Shown here: one piece after another, positions 1 to 9,392 of the stretch | How the letters are laid out: every line of letters begins with the position of its first letter | Numbering within the stretch: the stretch's first letter is position 1 | Source of the DNA: Candidatus Dormiibacterota bacterium | GTDB taxonomy: Bacteria > Chloroflexota > Dormibacteria > Aeolococcales > Aeolococcaceae | Reading direction: 5' to 3' | NCBI GenBank assembly: GCA_035995545.1 | Contig: DASYKI010000001.1 | Location: 902 to 64,901, forward strand | DNA: 64,000 nucleotides | Translations under genes and position numbers: made by a program | Notes under the pieces: model-generated | The model's input: the letters and a program-made list of their open reading frames with translations, nothing else | Told to the model about the DNA's origin: nothing | Databases searched by the model: none

Positions 1-1562
1 ACCAAGGGGATGGTCTGCTGGGTCCAGGTGCTGCCGTCACTGGTTGCGAGCAGCCTGCCGCCGTACGTATAGCCCCCGGGTCCGCTCGGGCCAAGCCCCA
101 CCGCCCACGAGTGCGTGGTCCCGACGCTGGCGACGCCGTCGAGTTCCCAGACGCCGCTCGGCGCGGGCACCTTGGTCCAGCTGGCACCGCTGTCCGTGCT
201 GCCGAACAAGAGCGCCGCGGTGGTGCTGGTGCCCACCGCCCAGCCCACCGAGGGGCTGCCGAAGGACACTCCGTTGAGTCCGGCACCGGCGGGGAGGGGC
301 TGCGCGGTCCATGGCGGGCTACCGCTGCCAGTGGTGTGCAGCACGGCGCCGTCGCCGCACCCGTCGGTGCCGACCACCCATCCCGTGGTCGCGCCAGGAA
401 AGGAGGCGGCCGCGAGCTGGGTGACGAACGGCGTCTGAGAGAGCTGCTGGGTCCAGGTGGCACCGCCGTCCGTGGTGTGGACGGCTGCTCCGTTTCCGCA
501 CGTGCCGGCGCCCACCGCCCACGCTTTGGTGGTGCTCAGCGCGGCCACCCCGTCGCTGGAAGTCGCCGAAGCGGGCAGTGTCTGAGCAGTCCAGGTGGCG
601 CCTCCGTCAGTGGTGGCCAGCATCACCGCCGATGGGGACGACGAACCTGCGCGGCCTACTGCCCATCCCGTGGTGCTGCTGGCGAAGGCGACGCCGCCGA
701 GCACGCCGTGCGAGTACGTCCCCGGCACCGTCTGCTTCGTCCACGTGGTGCCACCGTCGCTGGTGGTGACGATCACCGGCACTTCGCTGCTGCCGCAGTT
801 GCAGCCGACCGCCCAGCCGTGCAGCGTGTCCGTGAAGGACACCGCGTCGAGGTGGGTGATGCCGGATGGCACCGTCTGGTTGGTCCATGTCGTGCCGCCG
901 TCAGCCGTCACGACCACCTGCCCCAACGCGGCGCTGGCGCAGTTGCAGCCGACCACCCAGCCGTGCGTGGCGTCCGGGAACGACACGCCGTGCAGCTCTG
1001 TCGCGCCGAACGCCGGAATGGCCTGCGTGGACCAGGTGGTCCCGCCGTCGGTGGTGTGCAGGACGATGCCGGCCGCGTTGGCGCTCGCCGGAAGACCCAC
1101 TGCCCACGCGGTGGAGGCGCCGCTGGTCGTGAGCGCCGTGAGATACGCCACGCCGGAAGGATTGGGCACCGTCTGCTCCGTCCAGGTGGTGCCACCGTCG
1201 GCCGTGTGTGCGATGTAGCCGGTGTTGCCCTTCGACCCCGCCACCCAGCCGTGGGTGGTGTCGGCCAGAGCCACGCTGGTCAGGACCGGGGACGCCGGTG
1301 CGACGTGGGTGGTGAAGCTCGCTCCACCGTCCGTGGTCGCCATCACCAGTGACGCGCCGTCGAAAGTCTGGGCGACAGCCAGGCCATGCGTGGCGTCGGC
1401 GAACGAGATGCCCCTGACGGTGGTCCGAGAGGCGGTCTGGACGCCGCTGGCCTGTACCTGCCCTCCCCCGAACAGCGCAGCCGCCCCCGCGACGGCCACC
1501 GCGGCCGCCAGCCCACCGACGACAACCCCCCGCGCACGGGCAGGGCGCAGAACGCCCGACAT
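1..1562 (-). CDS. secreted BNR/Asp-box repeat protein (Ycf48-like, partial; continues beyond window start)
   Basis: An open minus frame with no stop from the ATG at 1562 to the window edge; it is absent from the ORF track because it is incomplete. The N-terminus MSGVLRPARARGVVVGGLAAAVAVAGAAALFGGGQVQA looks like a signal peptide. TTDGGxTWT / SxDGGxTW Asp-box (BNR) motifs recur many times. Confidence 0.6.
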   Translation of the reverse strand, partial: MSGVLRPARARGVVVGGLAAAVAVAGAAALFGGGQVQASGVQTASRTTVRGISFADATHGLAVAQTFDGASLVMATTDGGASFTTHVAPASPVLTSVALADTTHGWVAGSKGNTGYIAHTADGGTTWTEQTVPNPSGVAYLTALTTSGASTAWAVGLPASANAAGIVLHTTDGGTTWSTQAIPAFGATELHGVSFPDATHGWVVGCNCASAALGQVVVTADGGTTWTNQTVPSGITHLDAVSFTDTLHGWAVGCNCGSSEVPVIVTTSDGGTTWTKQTVPGTYSHGVLGGVAFASSTTGWAVGRAGSSSPSAVMLATTDGGATWTAQTLPASATSSDGVAALSTTKAWAVGAGTCGNGAAVHTTDGGATWTQQLSQTPFVTQLAAASFPGATTGWVVGTDGCGDGAVLHTTGSGSPPWTAQPLPAGAGLNGVSFGSPSVGWAVGTSTTAALLFGSTDSGASWTKVPAPSGVWELDGVASVGTTHSWAVGLGPSGPGGYTYGGRLLATSDGSTWTQQTIPL

Positions 1563-1682
1563 GCACTCGCCTCCTCTCTTCGCGAAGCGCAAGCCTACAA
1601 CGCCACTTGACAGCGTGGCAGCGCATGGTGTACTTAACCACTAGGTTATCTAACCACTCGGTTCAGTACAGCACGAAGAGAG

Positions 1683-2063
1683 ATGGCAAGCGACGCCCTC
1701 AGCCTCACCTTCTCCGCCCTGGCCGACCCCACGCGACGGGCCATCCTGGCCCGCCTCGCCGAGGGAGCCGCCACGGTCAAGCAGCTCTCCGCGCCGTTCG
1801 CGATCAGCGGTCCGGCCATCTCCAAGCACCTGCGCGTGCTGGAGCGCGCCGGCCTCATCGCCCGCGGCCGGGACGCGCAGTGGCGCCCCTGCCGGCTCGA
1901 GGCCACGCCGCTGCGCGACGTGTCGGCCTGGGCCGACGGCTACCGCCGCTTCTGGGACGAGAGCTACACCCGCCTCGACGACTACCTGAAGACCCTGCAG
2001 GACGACGACAAGGGCAACGACAAGGACACACCCAAGGAGACACCCGATGACCATGGCAACTGA
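1683..2063 (+). CDS. ArsR-family HTH transcriptional regulator
   Basis: LADPTRRAILARLAEGAATVKQLSAPFAISGPAISKHLRVLERAGLI is a classic ArsR/SmtB winged HTH. The gene is divergent from the BNR gene. Confidence 0.9.
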   Translation: MASDALSLTFSALADPTRRAILARLAEGAATVKQLSAPFAISGPAISKHLRVLERAGLIARGRDAQWRPCRLEATPLRDVSAWADGYRRFWDESYTRLDDYLKTLQDDDKGNDKDTPKETPDDHGN

Positions 2064-2538
2064 GCAGTACGGCGCCACGACGTTCAGCTTCCCCTCGGAC
2101 CTGGAGATCGTCATCCAGCGCGAGTTCGACGCACCGCGACAGCTCGTCTTCGACGCCATCACCAAGCCCGAGCACATCCCGAACTGGTGGGGCCCGCGCG
2201 AGTGGGCGGTGACCAGCGCGACGGCCGATCTGCGTCCCGGTGGCGCGTGGCATTACACCGCGCGCAACAGCAACGACGGTCGCGAGATGGGCATGCACGG
2301 CGAGTACCGCGAGATCGTCCCCCCGGAGCGCATCGTCAGCACCGAATCGCTCGACGGGACACCAGGGTACACCGTCAACACCGTCGTTCTCACCGAGGCG
2401 GACGGCAAGACGATGCTCACCACGACAGTGCTTGCACCATCGAAAGAAGTGCGCGACATGATCGTCAATTCCGGCATGCAGCACGGCGCTGCGGAGTCGT
2501 ACGACCGGCTCGCCGAGCACCTGCACACGATGGCCTGA
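2047..2538 (+). CDS. SRPBCC / AHSA1-like (activator of Hsp90 ATPase homologue) protein
   Basis: A 163 aa protein with the typical START/AHSA1-like sequence. It forms a coupled pair with the upstream ArsR through a 17-nt overlap. Confidence 0.8.
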   Translation: MTMATEQYGATTFSFPSDLEIVIQREFDAPRQLVFDAITKPEHIPNWWGPREWAVTSATADLRPGGAWHYTARNSNDGREMGMHGEYREIVPPERIVSTESLDGTPGYTVNTVVLTEADGKTMLTTTVLAPSKEVRDMIVNSGMQHGAAESYDRLAEHLHTMA

Positions 2539-2573
2539 CATCGCGAGTACCGCCTGCTAGCCTGAAAAATCTG

Positions 2574-2978
2574 ATGTCTCGCAAGGGCTTCGAGCAGGCG
2601 CTGGACGAGGCGGAGGAGATCGAGCTCACCGTCACCGGGCGTGTGTCTGGAAAGCCCAGCACGCGCCCGGTGTGGTTCGTGCGCGACCGGGACCGCGTCT
2701 ACCTGTTGCCGGTGCAGGGCACCGACACCGAGTGGTTCAAGAACGTGCGGGCCAACCCAACCGTCCGGCTCCGCATCGACGGCGAGGAGATCACCGCGCG
2801 GGCGAAGCCCATCACCGATCGCGAGAAGGTGGCCGAGGTCGTCGAGAAGTTCCGCGACAAATACGGCGCACGCGACGTGCGGCGCTACTACTCGAAGTTC
2901 GACGCCGCCGTCGAGGTGCCGCTCGGCCCTCCGGCACCGGGTGCCCGGTCGGCGCGCGGATCAGTGCGCGAAGTCTAG
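2574..2978 (+). CDS. nitroreductase-family deazaflavin-dependent / PNPOx-like split-barrel protein
   Basis: The protein starts MSRKGFEQALDEAEEIELTVTGRVSGKPSTRPVWFVRDRDRVYLLPVQG, which is DUF385/Ddn-like. The real start is the ATG at 2574; the upstream part of ORF 2187..2978 is a shadow frame. Confidence 0.55.
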   Translation: MSRKGFEQALDEAEEIELTVTGRVSGKPSTRPVWFVRDRDRVYLLPVQGTDTEWFKNVRANPTVRLRIDGEEITARAKPITDREKVAEVVEKFRDKYGARDVRRYYSKFDAAVEVPLGPPAPGARSARGSVREV

Positions 2979-4607
2979 GAACTCGTGCACCGAGCGCACC
3001 GCCGCCGAACCCTCTCCCACCGCTGAGGCGACCCGCTTCATCGACCCGGAACGCACGTCGCCAACCGCGAACAGCCCCGGCATGCTGGTCTCGAAGGGCA
3101 GCGGTCGACGCCCCAGCACCTCCCAGCGCCGGCCGAGGTGCTCCTCGTCGAGCGACCGGTCGGTCAGGATGAACCCCTTGCTGTCGAGACTGACGCATCC
3201 CGACAGCCACCCCGACGACGGTTCGGCGCCGATGAAGGAGAACAGCGCGGCGCATCGCAGCGCCACCGCGTCGTCGCCACCGCTGCTGACGCGCACCGAC
3301 CTGAGGGTCTGGTCGCCGTCGAGCGCGGTGACGCGCGTAGCCCGGCGCACCGTGATGCGGCCGTCGGCCTCGATGCGCTCGACCAGGTAGCGCGACATGC
3401 TGCGGTCGAGGCTCGGCGCCCGGATCACCACCGTGACCGGGCTGCCTGACTCCGCGAGGAACAACGCCGCCTGTCCAGCGGAGTTGCCGCCGCCGACGAT
3501 CACCACCGGCTCCGCCGCACAGGCGCGCGCCTCCAATTCGGTCGCGGCGTAGTACACACCGTTGCCCTCGAAGTCCTCGAGACGGTCGACCTCGAGTCGC
3601 CGGTAGCGCGCGCCGCTGGCGACGATGACGGCGCGGCCGGCGATGTCGGACCCGTCGGAGAGGCGGATCACCAGGTGTCCGGCCTCCTCGCGAAGACTCG
3701 CGGCCGCGCAGGGAAGTGTCAGGTGGGCGCCGAACTTCTCCGCCTGCACCACCGCGGCGAAGGTGAGGTCGCCACCGGAGATGCCCATGGGAAATCCGAG
3801 GTAGTTCTCGATGCGCGAGCTGGCTCCGGCCTGGCCGCCGGCGGCGACCTTCTCGGCGAGCAGGGTGCTCAGTCCTTCGGAGGCGCCGTACACGGCGGCG
3901 GCCAGACCCGCAGGACCGGCGCCGAGGACAACGAGGTCGAAGCAGCGCTCGGGAAGGCTGGCCAGGGTGAGGCCGAGGAAGTCGGCGAGTACGCCGGGCG
4001 TCGGCCGGCGCAGCACCGTGCCCGACGAGATGACCACGGGCAGCTCGTCCGCCGCGACATCGATGTCGCGCAGCAGCTGCTCGACCGCCTCGCCGTCGCG
4101 ATCGGGATCGAGCCACTGGTGCGGGATGCGATTGCGCGTCAGGAACTCGCGCAGCCGGCGCGTCTCCGGCAGGTACCGTGAGCCGACGATGCGCGTCGCC
4201 GCGGCAGCGTCGGCGAGCAGCCCGGTGCGACGGGCGACGAAGGCGCCGAGGATGATGTCGCCGAGGTGCGGGTGGGTCGCCATCAGCTGCCGCAGCGCCG
4301 TCCGCGACAGCACGATCACCTCGCCGGGTTCGACGACGCGCGCCGACAGGTAGGCGCGGCGGCCGGTGAGCATGTTGAGCTCGCCGAGGAAGCGCCCGGC
4401 GCCATGCCGGGTGATGACCTGCTCCTTGTCGTTCGATCCCAGCACGATCTCCACCGCCCCGGCGACGACGACGTGGAAGTCGTAGTCGGTGTCGCCCTCG
4501 CGGAAGAGGTATTCGCCGGTGCTCGTCGCCCGTCGCGTCCCGACGGCGTCGAGCGTCGCCATGTCCGACTCGTCGAGGACGGGGAAGGAGACGGCGTCCT
4601 CAGCCAT
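2961..4607 (-). CDS. cyclic-nucleotide-binding-domain protein fused to a thioredoxin-reductase-like FAD/NAD(P) oxidoreductase
   Basis: The N-terminal cNMP-binding fold reads FREGDTDYDFHVVVAGAVEI...RHGAGRFLGELNMLTGRRAYLSARV. It is followed by the Rossmann motif DLVVLGAGPAGLAAAVYGA and a TrxR-like body. The start is MAEDAVSF (ATG at 4607); the upstream 164 codons of the ORF are judged non-coding. Confidence 0.85.
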   Translation of the reverse strand: MAEDAVSFPVLDESDMATLDAVGTRRATSTGEYLFREGDTDYDFHVVVAGAVEIVLGSNDKEQVITRHGAGRFLGELNMLTGRRAYLSARVVEPGEVIVLSRTALRQLMATHPHLGDIILGAFVARRTGLLADAAAATRIVGSRYLPETRRLREFLTRNRIPHQWLDPDRDGEAVEQLLRDIDVAADELPVVISSGTVLRRPTPGVLADFLGLTLASLPERCFDLVVLGAGPAGLAAAVYGASEGLSTLLAEKVAAGGQAGASSRIENYLGFPMGISGGDLTFAAVVQAEKFGAHLTLPCAAASLREEAGHLVIRLSDGSDIAGRAVIVASGARYRRLEVDRLEDFEGNGVYYAATELEARACAAEPVVIVGGGNSAGQAALFLAESGSPVTVVIRAPSLDRSMSRYLVERIEADGRITVRRATRVTALDGDQTLRSVRVSSGGDDAVALRCAALFSFIGAEPSSGWLSGCVSLDSKGFILTDRSLDEEHLGRRWEVLGRRPLPFETSMPGLFAVGDVRSGSMKRVASAVGEGSAAVRSVHEFLDFAH

Positions 4608-4646
4608 GATCCAACGGTATCGCAGGGCCCCGGCTACAATGCGCCG

Positions 4647-5276
4647 ATGACGAGCACGGCAGAACTCTGGCAGCTGATCCACGAGCAGCGCGCCAAGGTC
4701 GGCGACGTCCTCGCCACCCTGACCGACGCGGAGTGGGAGTCGCCGTCGCTGTGTGCCGGCTGGCGCGTCCGCGATGTCACCGCACACATGGTCGAGACCC
4801 ACCTGATGACGCCGCCCAGGTTCATCGGCAGGTTCATGGGCGCGGGGTTCCGCTTCAACACCTTCGCCGCCAACGGCGTCGCCCAGCACAGCGGCCAGAC
4901 GCCGGCTGCGCTGCTCGCCGAGTATCGCGAGACGGCGCCGCGAACCACCGCTCCGCCCGGCCCCAAGCCCACCTGGCTGGCCGAGGTGGTCATCCACGGT
5001 GAGGACGTTTCCCGCCCCACCGGGAAGAAGGTGCCCATCTCGCCCGCGGCGCTGGTCGCCGTCGCCGACTTCGTTCGTGGCTCGACGCCACTGCTGCACG
5101 GCAAGCAGCGCAGCACGGGTTTGCGCCTGCGCGCAACCGACGTGGACTGGTCGGCGGGCGAGGGTCCCGAGGTGAGCGGTCCCGCGGTCTCGCTGATCCT
5201 GGCCATGAGCGGGCGCAGGTCCGCGCTCGCCGACCTCAGCGGCGAGGGACTGGAGACGCTCACGACGCGGGTCTGA
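4647..5276 (+). CDS. maleylpyruvate isomerase N-terminal-domain / DinB_2 family protein (TIGR03083-like)
   Basis: The protein starts MTSTAELWQLIHEQRAKVGDVLATLTDAEWESPSLCAGWRVRDVTAHMVETH. This is the mycothiol-dependent-isomerase-like family that is widespread in actinobacteria. Confidence 0.7.
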   Translation: MTSTAELWQLIHEQRAKVGDVLATLTDAEWESPSLCAGWRVRDVTAHMVETHLMTPPRFIGRFMGAGFRFNTFAANGVAQHSGQTPAALLAEYRETAPRTTAPPGPKPTWLAEVVIHGEDVSRPTGKKVPISPAALVAVADFVRGSTPLLHGKQRSTGLRLRATDVDWSAGEGPEVSGPAVSLILAMSGRRSALADLSGEGLETLTTRV

Positions 5277-5291
5277 CCCTGGTCGCCTGGG

Positions 5292-6395
5292 CTACTTGCC
5301 CATGGCACCGGCGCGCCACAGCGCCAGCAGCTCGGCCTGGGAGTGCACGCCGAACTTCTGGAAGATCGCGCTGAGATGGTTGCGCACCGTGCTCTGGCTG
5401 AGGTACATCGCGGCCGCGATGGTGCCCACGCGCTCGCCCTGGACCAGGCGAGAGGCGATCTCCCACTGGCGCGCCGACAGCTCGGCGGTCGCCGGGATGC
5501 CGAGCGCGGCGGCCGTCTCGATCAGTGGCGCCAGGATGCCCGCCGCCTCGATCTGGGCGGCGATCCGGCGCAGGTCGCCGGCGAGCTGGGTGGCGCCGCC
5601 CGCCTCCGGCACCTCGGCCGCGGCCGGAGTGGCGACGACGGAGAACGGCAGCCTGCCGTCGCCGTCGAGGACCGACACCGTGATCCGCATGGTCCGCCAG
5701 TTGCCACCCTGATGCTGCAGCCGGACGCTGGCGCCGGCGCTCGGCTCGGTGGTCGCTCTGGCGAAGGCGAGGAGCAGGGCGGCCTGGTCGTCGACATGGG
5801 CGAGCTCGAGCAGCGATGTCGACAGCAGGTCGGCGGGAGAAAGCCCGAGCACCAGCCCCGCGTGCGCGCTGATCTGGGCGATGCGCCAGCGGTCGTCGAG
5901 GGTCATCTGCGCACCGTCGAAGTCGGCACCGGCGTGCGCCGCCGGCGGCACCGGGACGACGTGGCCGGCGACCGCGGCGGGCTCGGCGTCCGACAGATCG
6001 GTGGCGATCCACAGCCCCAGGTCGGGACCTCCCGCCGAGCGGATCGCCCAGCCCGCCAGCTGCATCTCGACCATCGCGCCGTCGGGCCTCTGGAAGCGGC
6101 GGCGGCCCTTCAGGCCGTCGAGCATGCCCTCGCGGAAGAGCCGGAAGGTCTGCGCCGCCTCGCGCGGTCGCTCGGTGACGGAGAGATATTTGACTCCCAC
6201 TCCGCGTCCGGGCGTCGTCCTCAGCAGCTCGGCCGCGCTGTCCGACATGGCCACGAAGCGAGTGCTGGAGAGCTGGACGAGCCCGGCCGTGAGCGGGCTG
6301 GTCCGCACCGCCTCCCCCCACATGGCCACCCAGCGGACGTGGCGGTCGGTGGGTCCGGACGGCTGGGAGGACTCATCCATGGCGGCTGGTCGCAC
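5292..6395 (-). CDS. LuxR-family transcriptional regulator (C-terminal HTH)
   Basis: The C-terminus LSARQWEIASRLVQGERVGTIAAAMYLSQSTVRNHLSAIFQKFGV is a LuxR/FixJ-type HTH. There are alternative starts at 6395 and 6380. Confidence 0.8.
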   Translation of the reverse strand: MRPAAMDESSQPSGPTDRHVRWVAMWGEAVRTSPLTAGLVQLSSTRFVAMSDSAAELLRTTPGRGVGVKYLSVTERPREAAQTFRLFREGMLDGLKGRRRFQRPDGAMVEMQLAGWAIRSAGGPDLGLWIATDLSDAEPAAVAGHVVPVPPAAHAGADFDGAQMTLDDRWRIAQISAHAGLVLGLSPADLLSTSLLELAHVDDQAALLLAFARATTEPSAGASVRLQHQGGNWRTMRITVSVLDGDGRLPFSVVATPAAAEVPEAGGATQLAGDLRRIAAQIEAAGILAPLIETAAALGIPATAELSARQWEIASRLVQGERVGTIAAAMYLSQSTVRNHLSAIFQKFGVHSQAELLALWRAGAMGK

Positions 6396-6500
6396 CCGTT
6401 GTCACATTCTGCCCGCACCACTGTCAATCGACAGCGTCATATGACACACTAGCAGGCCGACGGATGCGCGGCCCTGCCTGATCTCGCGCGTCCGTGGAGG

Positions 6501-7259
6501 TTGCCCACGTTGCCCCCGTCCCGACTCGGAGCCTCTCTCAGGTCGGCGAGAGAGCGGGCCGGCTGGACCCGCGAAACCCTCGCGCACCAATCCGGCCTCA
6601 GCTGGGCGGCGATCAGCCAGATCGAAACCGGCCGGCGCCGGCAGGTGCGCCCCAGCAGCCTGGTGGCGCTGGCCGACGCACTCCGCGTGAGCGTTGACTA
6701 CCTGGTCGGTAGTGAGGCAACCCTCTCCCCCGCGCTGCTGCGGCACCGTGTTCTCGTCTACAGCTCCGATGCGGAGTATCGGGCGACCACGGTGCCGTTC
6801 CTCCGGGATGGCATCACGCGGTCGGAGCCGGTCCTGGTGGTCACCGCGGAGCGGCAGCTCGGCCTGCTCCGCGACGCACTCGGCGACGACGCGCGCCACG
6901 TCGAGTTCCGCGACTCGGCGGAGTGGCTGAGGACGACGGGCGGCGCCTGGAGCGGATTCCTCGCCTTCCTCACCGAGCGGTTCCAGGGCGGAGCTTCGTG
7001 GATCCGAATTCTCGGCGAGCCGGTGTGGAGCGGACGATCGGAGAGCGAGGTCACCGAGTGGATCCGATTCGAATCGATGCTCAACCTGTTGCTGGCGTCG
7101 TCGCCGGCGACGATGGTCTGCCCGTACGACGCGAGAGGGTTGCCCGACACGGTTCTCACGGCGGCACAGTGTAACCACCCAGAGGTTGCTGTGGCCGGCG
7201 ATGTCACGAGGAATCCCGCGTACCGCGAACCCGCTGAGTTTTTGCTGAACCTGTCCTGA
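6501..7259 (+). CDS. XRE-family HTH + MEDS (DcmR-like sensory) domain regulator
   Basis: The HTH reads GASLRSARERAGWTRETLAHQSGLSWAAISQIETGRR. It is followed by a MEDS-like domain (VLVYSSDAEY...). The start is a TTG, per the ORF track. Confidence 0.7.
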   Translation: MPTLPPSRLGASLRSARERAGWTRETLAHQSGLSWAAISQIETGRRRQVRPSSLVALADALRVSVDYLVGSEATLSPALLRHRVLVYSSDAEYRATTVPFLRDGITRSEPVLVVTAERQLGLLRDALGDDARHVEFRDSAEWLRTTGGAWSGFLAFLTERFQGGASWIRILGEPVWSGRSESEVTEWIRFESMLNLLLASSPATMVCPYDARGLPDTVLTAAQCNHPEVAVAGDVTRNPAYREPAEFLLNLS

Positions 7260-7399
7260 AGCTGCGCCGGCCGTGACGCGGGCTTGACGCGTCGTGGTAC
7301 GGGGGCTCAGTGTGCTGTTCCGTAAGCTGACAGAGTGATATTTCGCCTATGACGTCGGGACGGTGCGCCCATTGGGATGTGTCCGCACCGAGAGCGCCC

Positions 7400-7669
7400 T
7401 GGTGGACGACATCGCGCCGATTCGCACCGCGCTGCAGCGTCTTCGCGCCAGGCGCCCAGGCGCGCGGCATGGCCTCGGCGATCCTGCAGATGAGCGTCGC
7501 CATCGGCGCGTCGATCGTCGCCGAGGGTGTCGAGACCGAATCCGAAGCGGACACGCTCTGCGATTTCGGCCACGAGATGGCGCAGGGGTACCTGCTGGCC
7601 AATCCCATGCCGGTGTCGGAGCTGACGGCGCTGGTGCTCGCCGAGCGTCGCGGACCGCCAACCGGCTGA
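7400..7669 (+). pseudogene. EAL-domain (c-di-GMP phosphodiesterase) C-terminal remnant, frameshifted/truncated
   Basis: The frame 7349..7669 encodes SAILQMSVAIGASIVAEGVETESEADTLCDFGHEMAQGYLLANPMP, which is the conserved EAL C-terminus (AEGVE...QGY). Upstream, in another frame, DDIAPIRTALQRLRARRP looks like a degraded DDFGTGYSSLSYL motif. No N-terminal EAL half is present. Confidence 0.45.
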
Positions 7670-7701
7670 CAGCGCACCATCCGCCGACATACGATTCCGT
7701 C

Positions 7702-8037
7702 GTGGCGTATGACGAGGTTCTCGCCGAGCGGATCCGCGAGTTGATGGCGGCCGAGCGCGGCCTCACCGAGAAGAAGATGTTCGGCGGCCTCGCCTTTCTC
7801 ATCGGCGGCAACATGTCCGTCGCCGCCAGCGGCCAGGGTGGGCTGATGGTCCGCGTCGACCCGGCGCAATCCGAGCAGCTGCTCTCGTCCACGAAGGCTC
7901 AGCCCATGATCATGCGCGGGCGGGAGATGGCCGGATGGTTGCGCGTGGACGCAGAGGACGTCCGCACCCGACCTCAGCTGGCCAAGTGGGTCACGCTGGG
8001 GACGGCGTTGGCACGCTCACTGCCGGCGAAGCGATAG
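7702..8037 (+). CDS. TfoX/Sxy N-terminal-domain-like protein
   Basis: YDEVLAERIRELMAAERGLTEKKMFGGLAFLIGGNMSVAASGQGGLMVRVDP matches the TfoX_N fold. The probable start is the GTG at 7702; the upstream part of ORF 7363..8037 is non-coding or the EAL remnant. Confidence 0.55.
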   Translation: MAYDEVLAERIRELMAAERGLTEKKMFGGLAFLIGGNMSVAASGQGGLMVRVDPAQSEQLLSSTKAQPMIMRGREMAGWLRVDAEDVRTRPQLAKWVTLGTALARSLPAKR

Positions 8038-8044
8038 CCCGCGC

Positions 8045-8758
8045 ATGGCATCGGGTCGCGCCCAGCTGGATGGCGGGTTCGCCGAGTCAGGACTGAGTGC
8101 CGCGGAGCTCGCCTGGGGCGTACCCTCCCCGCCGCGCTCGTATTGGCCGGCACGCATCGCCGTGCTCGCCGCCATCGTGCTCTACCTCGCCCTCCCGGAG
8201 CGCCTCATCCCCGGCCCGCGGTTCATCGTCCCCGCGCTCGAAGCTGTGGCCCTGCTCGCCCTCACCGTGCTCGTCCCCCACAAGACGACGGTTGCCGCGC
8301 CGGCGCGCCGGATCCTCGCCATCCTGCTGATCGGCCTGGTGACCCTGATGAACATCGTCAACCTGGGCCTCCTGATCAGGGAGCTCCTCAAGGGTCACGT
8401 GCAGAACGGACGCGAGCTCATCTTCGCGTCCGTGGCGATCTGGCTGACCAACACCATCGCCTTCGGACTCTGGTACTGGGAACTCGACCGCGGCGGCCCC
8501 TACGCACGCCATCAGCCCTGGCACCGGGAGCCCGACTTTCTCTTCCCGCAGATGACCACACCAGGAGCGGGCAGACCCGACTGGGCGCCGAGTTTCCTCG
8601 ACTATTTCTATGTGAGCCTGACCAACGCGACGGCGTTCAGCCCCACCGACACCATGCCGCTCACGTCGCTGGCGAAGAGCCTGATGGCGGTGCAATCCAT
8701 CGCATCGCTGCTGACGGTGGCCATCGTCGCTGCGCGTGCCGTCAACATCCTCAGCTGA
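8045..8758 (+). CDS. DUF1345-family membrane protein
   Basis: Several transmembrane helices plus WYWELDRGGPYARHQPWHREPDFLFPQMT and FYVSLTNATAFSPTDT, which is typical of DUF1345. Confidence 0.7.
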   Translation: MASGRAQLDGGFAESGLSAAELAWGVPSPPRSYWPARIAVLAAIVLYLALPERLIPGPRFIVPALEAVALLALTVLVPHKTTVAAPARRILAILLIGLVTLMNIVNLGLLIRELLKGHVQNGRELIFASVAIWLTNTIAFGLWYWELDRGGPYARHQPWHREPDFLFPQMTTPGAGRPDWAPSFLDYFYVSLTNATAFSPTDTMPLTSLAKSLMAVQSIASLLTVAIVAARAVNILS

Positions 8759-9392
8759 CCGCGGGGAGAGCTCGCCGCCGCAGGTAGAGGACGACGACGA
8801 CACTGGAGAGCGCGGCCCACGCGCACCACAGGGAGGTGAGGCCCGTGAAGGTCAGCCAGCCCAGGACGATCACGGCGGCGAGGTTGACAATCCCGAACGC
8901 CGCCAGCATTCGGCTGCTGGCAACCAGCAGGGCGCCACAGGTGGCCAAAACGTAGAACACACCGAGAAGGAGGGCGTCCGAACCGCCTGACACGTAGGCG
9001 ATGTGAGAGCCGTCGATCGACGCTCCCGCTGGGCTGCGGACGATCTCAACGAGGAGCAGTGCACTGGTCACGGCGCCCAGCGCCAGGAGTGCCGCCATCC
9101 ATCGCCGTCGCCCCGGCACCGTCTCGACCCCGAACAGCGCCAGTGGCACCAGAAACGGCAGCAGGAAGGCGAAGGCCAGAAAGACGTAGATGGCCGTGCG
9201 CATCGCCGTCGCGGAGACCTGACCATGGAGACCCCACCACACGACCGACTCGTCGAGCATGTGCGCACCCAGCAGCAGCGGCAACGACGCGAGCACCAAT
9301 TGCTGCCGTCGACTGACATGGCGCAGAGCGTCGACGCCGAAGGCACCGGCCACCAGGCCCGTGGCCAGGTCAGCCTCGGCAGAGAAGCACAT
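8751..9392 (-). CDS. hypothetical polytopic membrane protein
   Basis: A hydrophobic helical protein (MCFSAEADLATGLVAGAFGV...). The start at 9392 overlaps the end of the desaturase gene by about 23 nt. Confidence 0.5.
   Translation of the reverse strand: MCFSAEADLATGLVAGAFGVDALRHVSRRQQLVLASLPLLLGAHMLDESVVWWGLHGQVSATAMRTAIYVFLAFAFLLPFLVPLALFGVETVPGRRRWMAALLALGAVTSALLLVEIVRSPAGASIDGSHIAYVSGGSDALLLGVFYVLATCGALLVASSRMLAAFGIVNLAAVIVLGWLTFTGLTSLWCAWAALSSVVVVLYLRRRALPAVS

Noticed and set aside
111-1352. A long + strand ORF (413 aa, Arg/Gly-rich) overlapping the BNR-repeat gene.
   Set aside because: It is an antisense shadow frame of the minus-strand BNR gene, with a composition typical of off-frame translation of 70% GC DNA. 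The same reasoning excludes many other long antisense ORFs in the track: 15687..17174, 35243..37015, 36639..38222, 40908..43088, 42373..43899, 5260..6321, 5343..6452 and 24846..25262.
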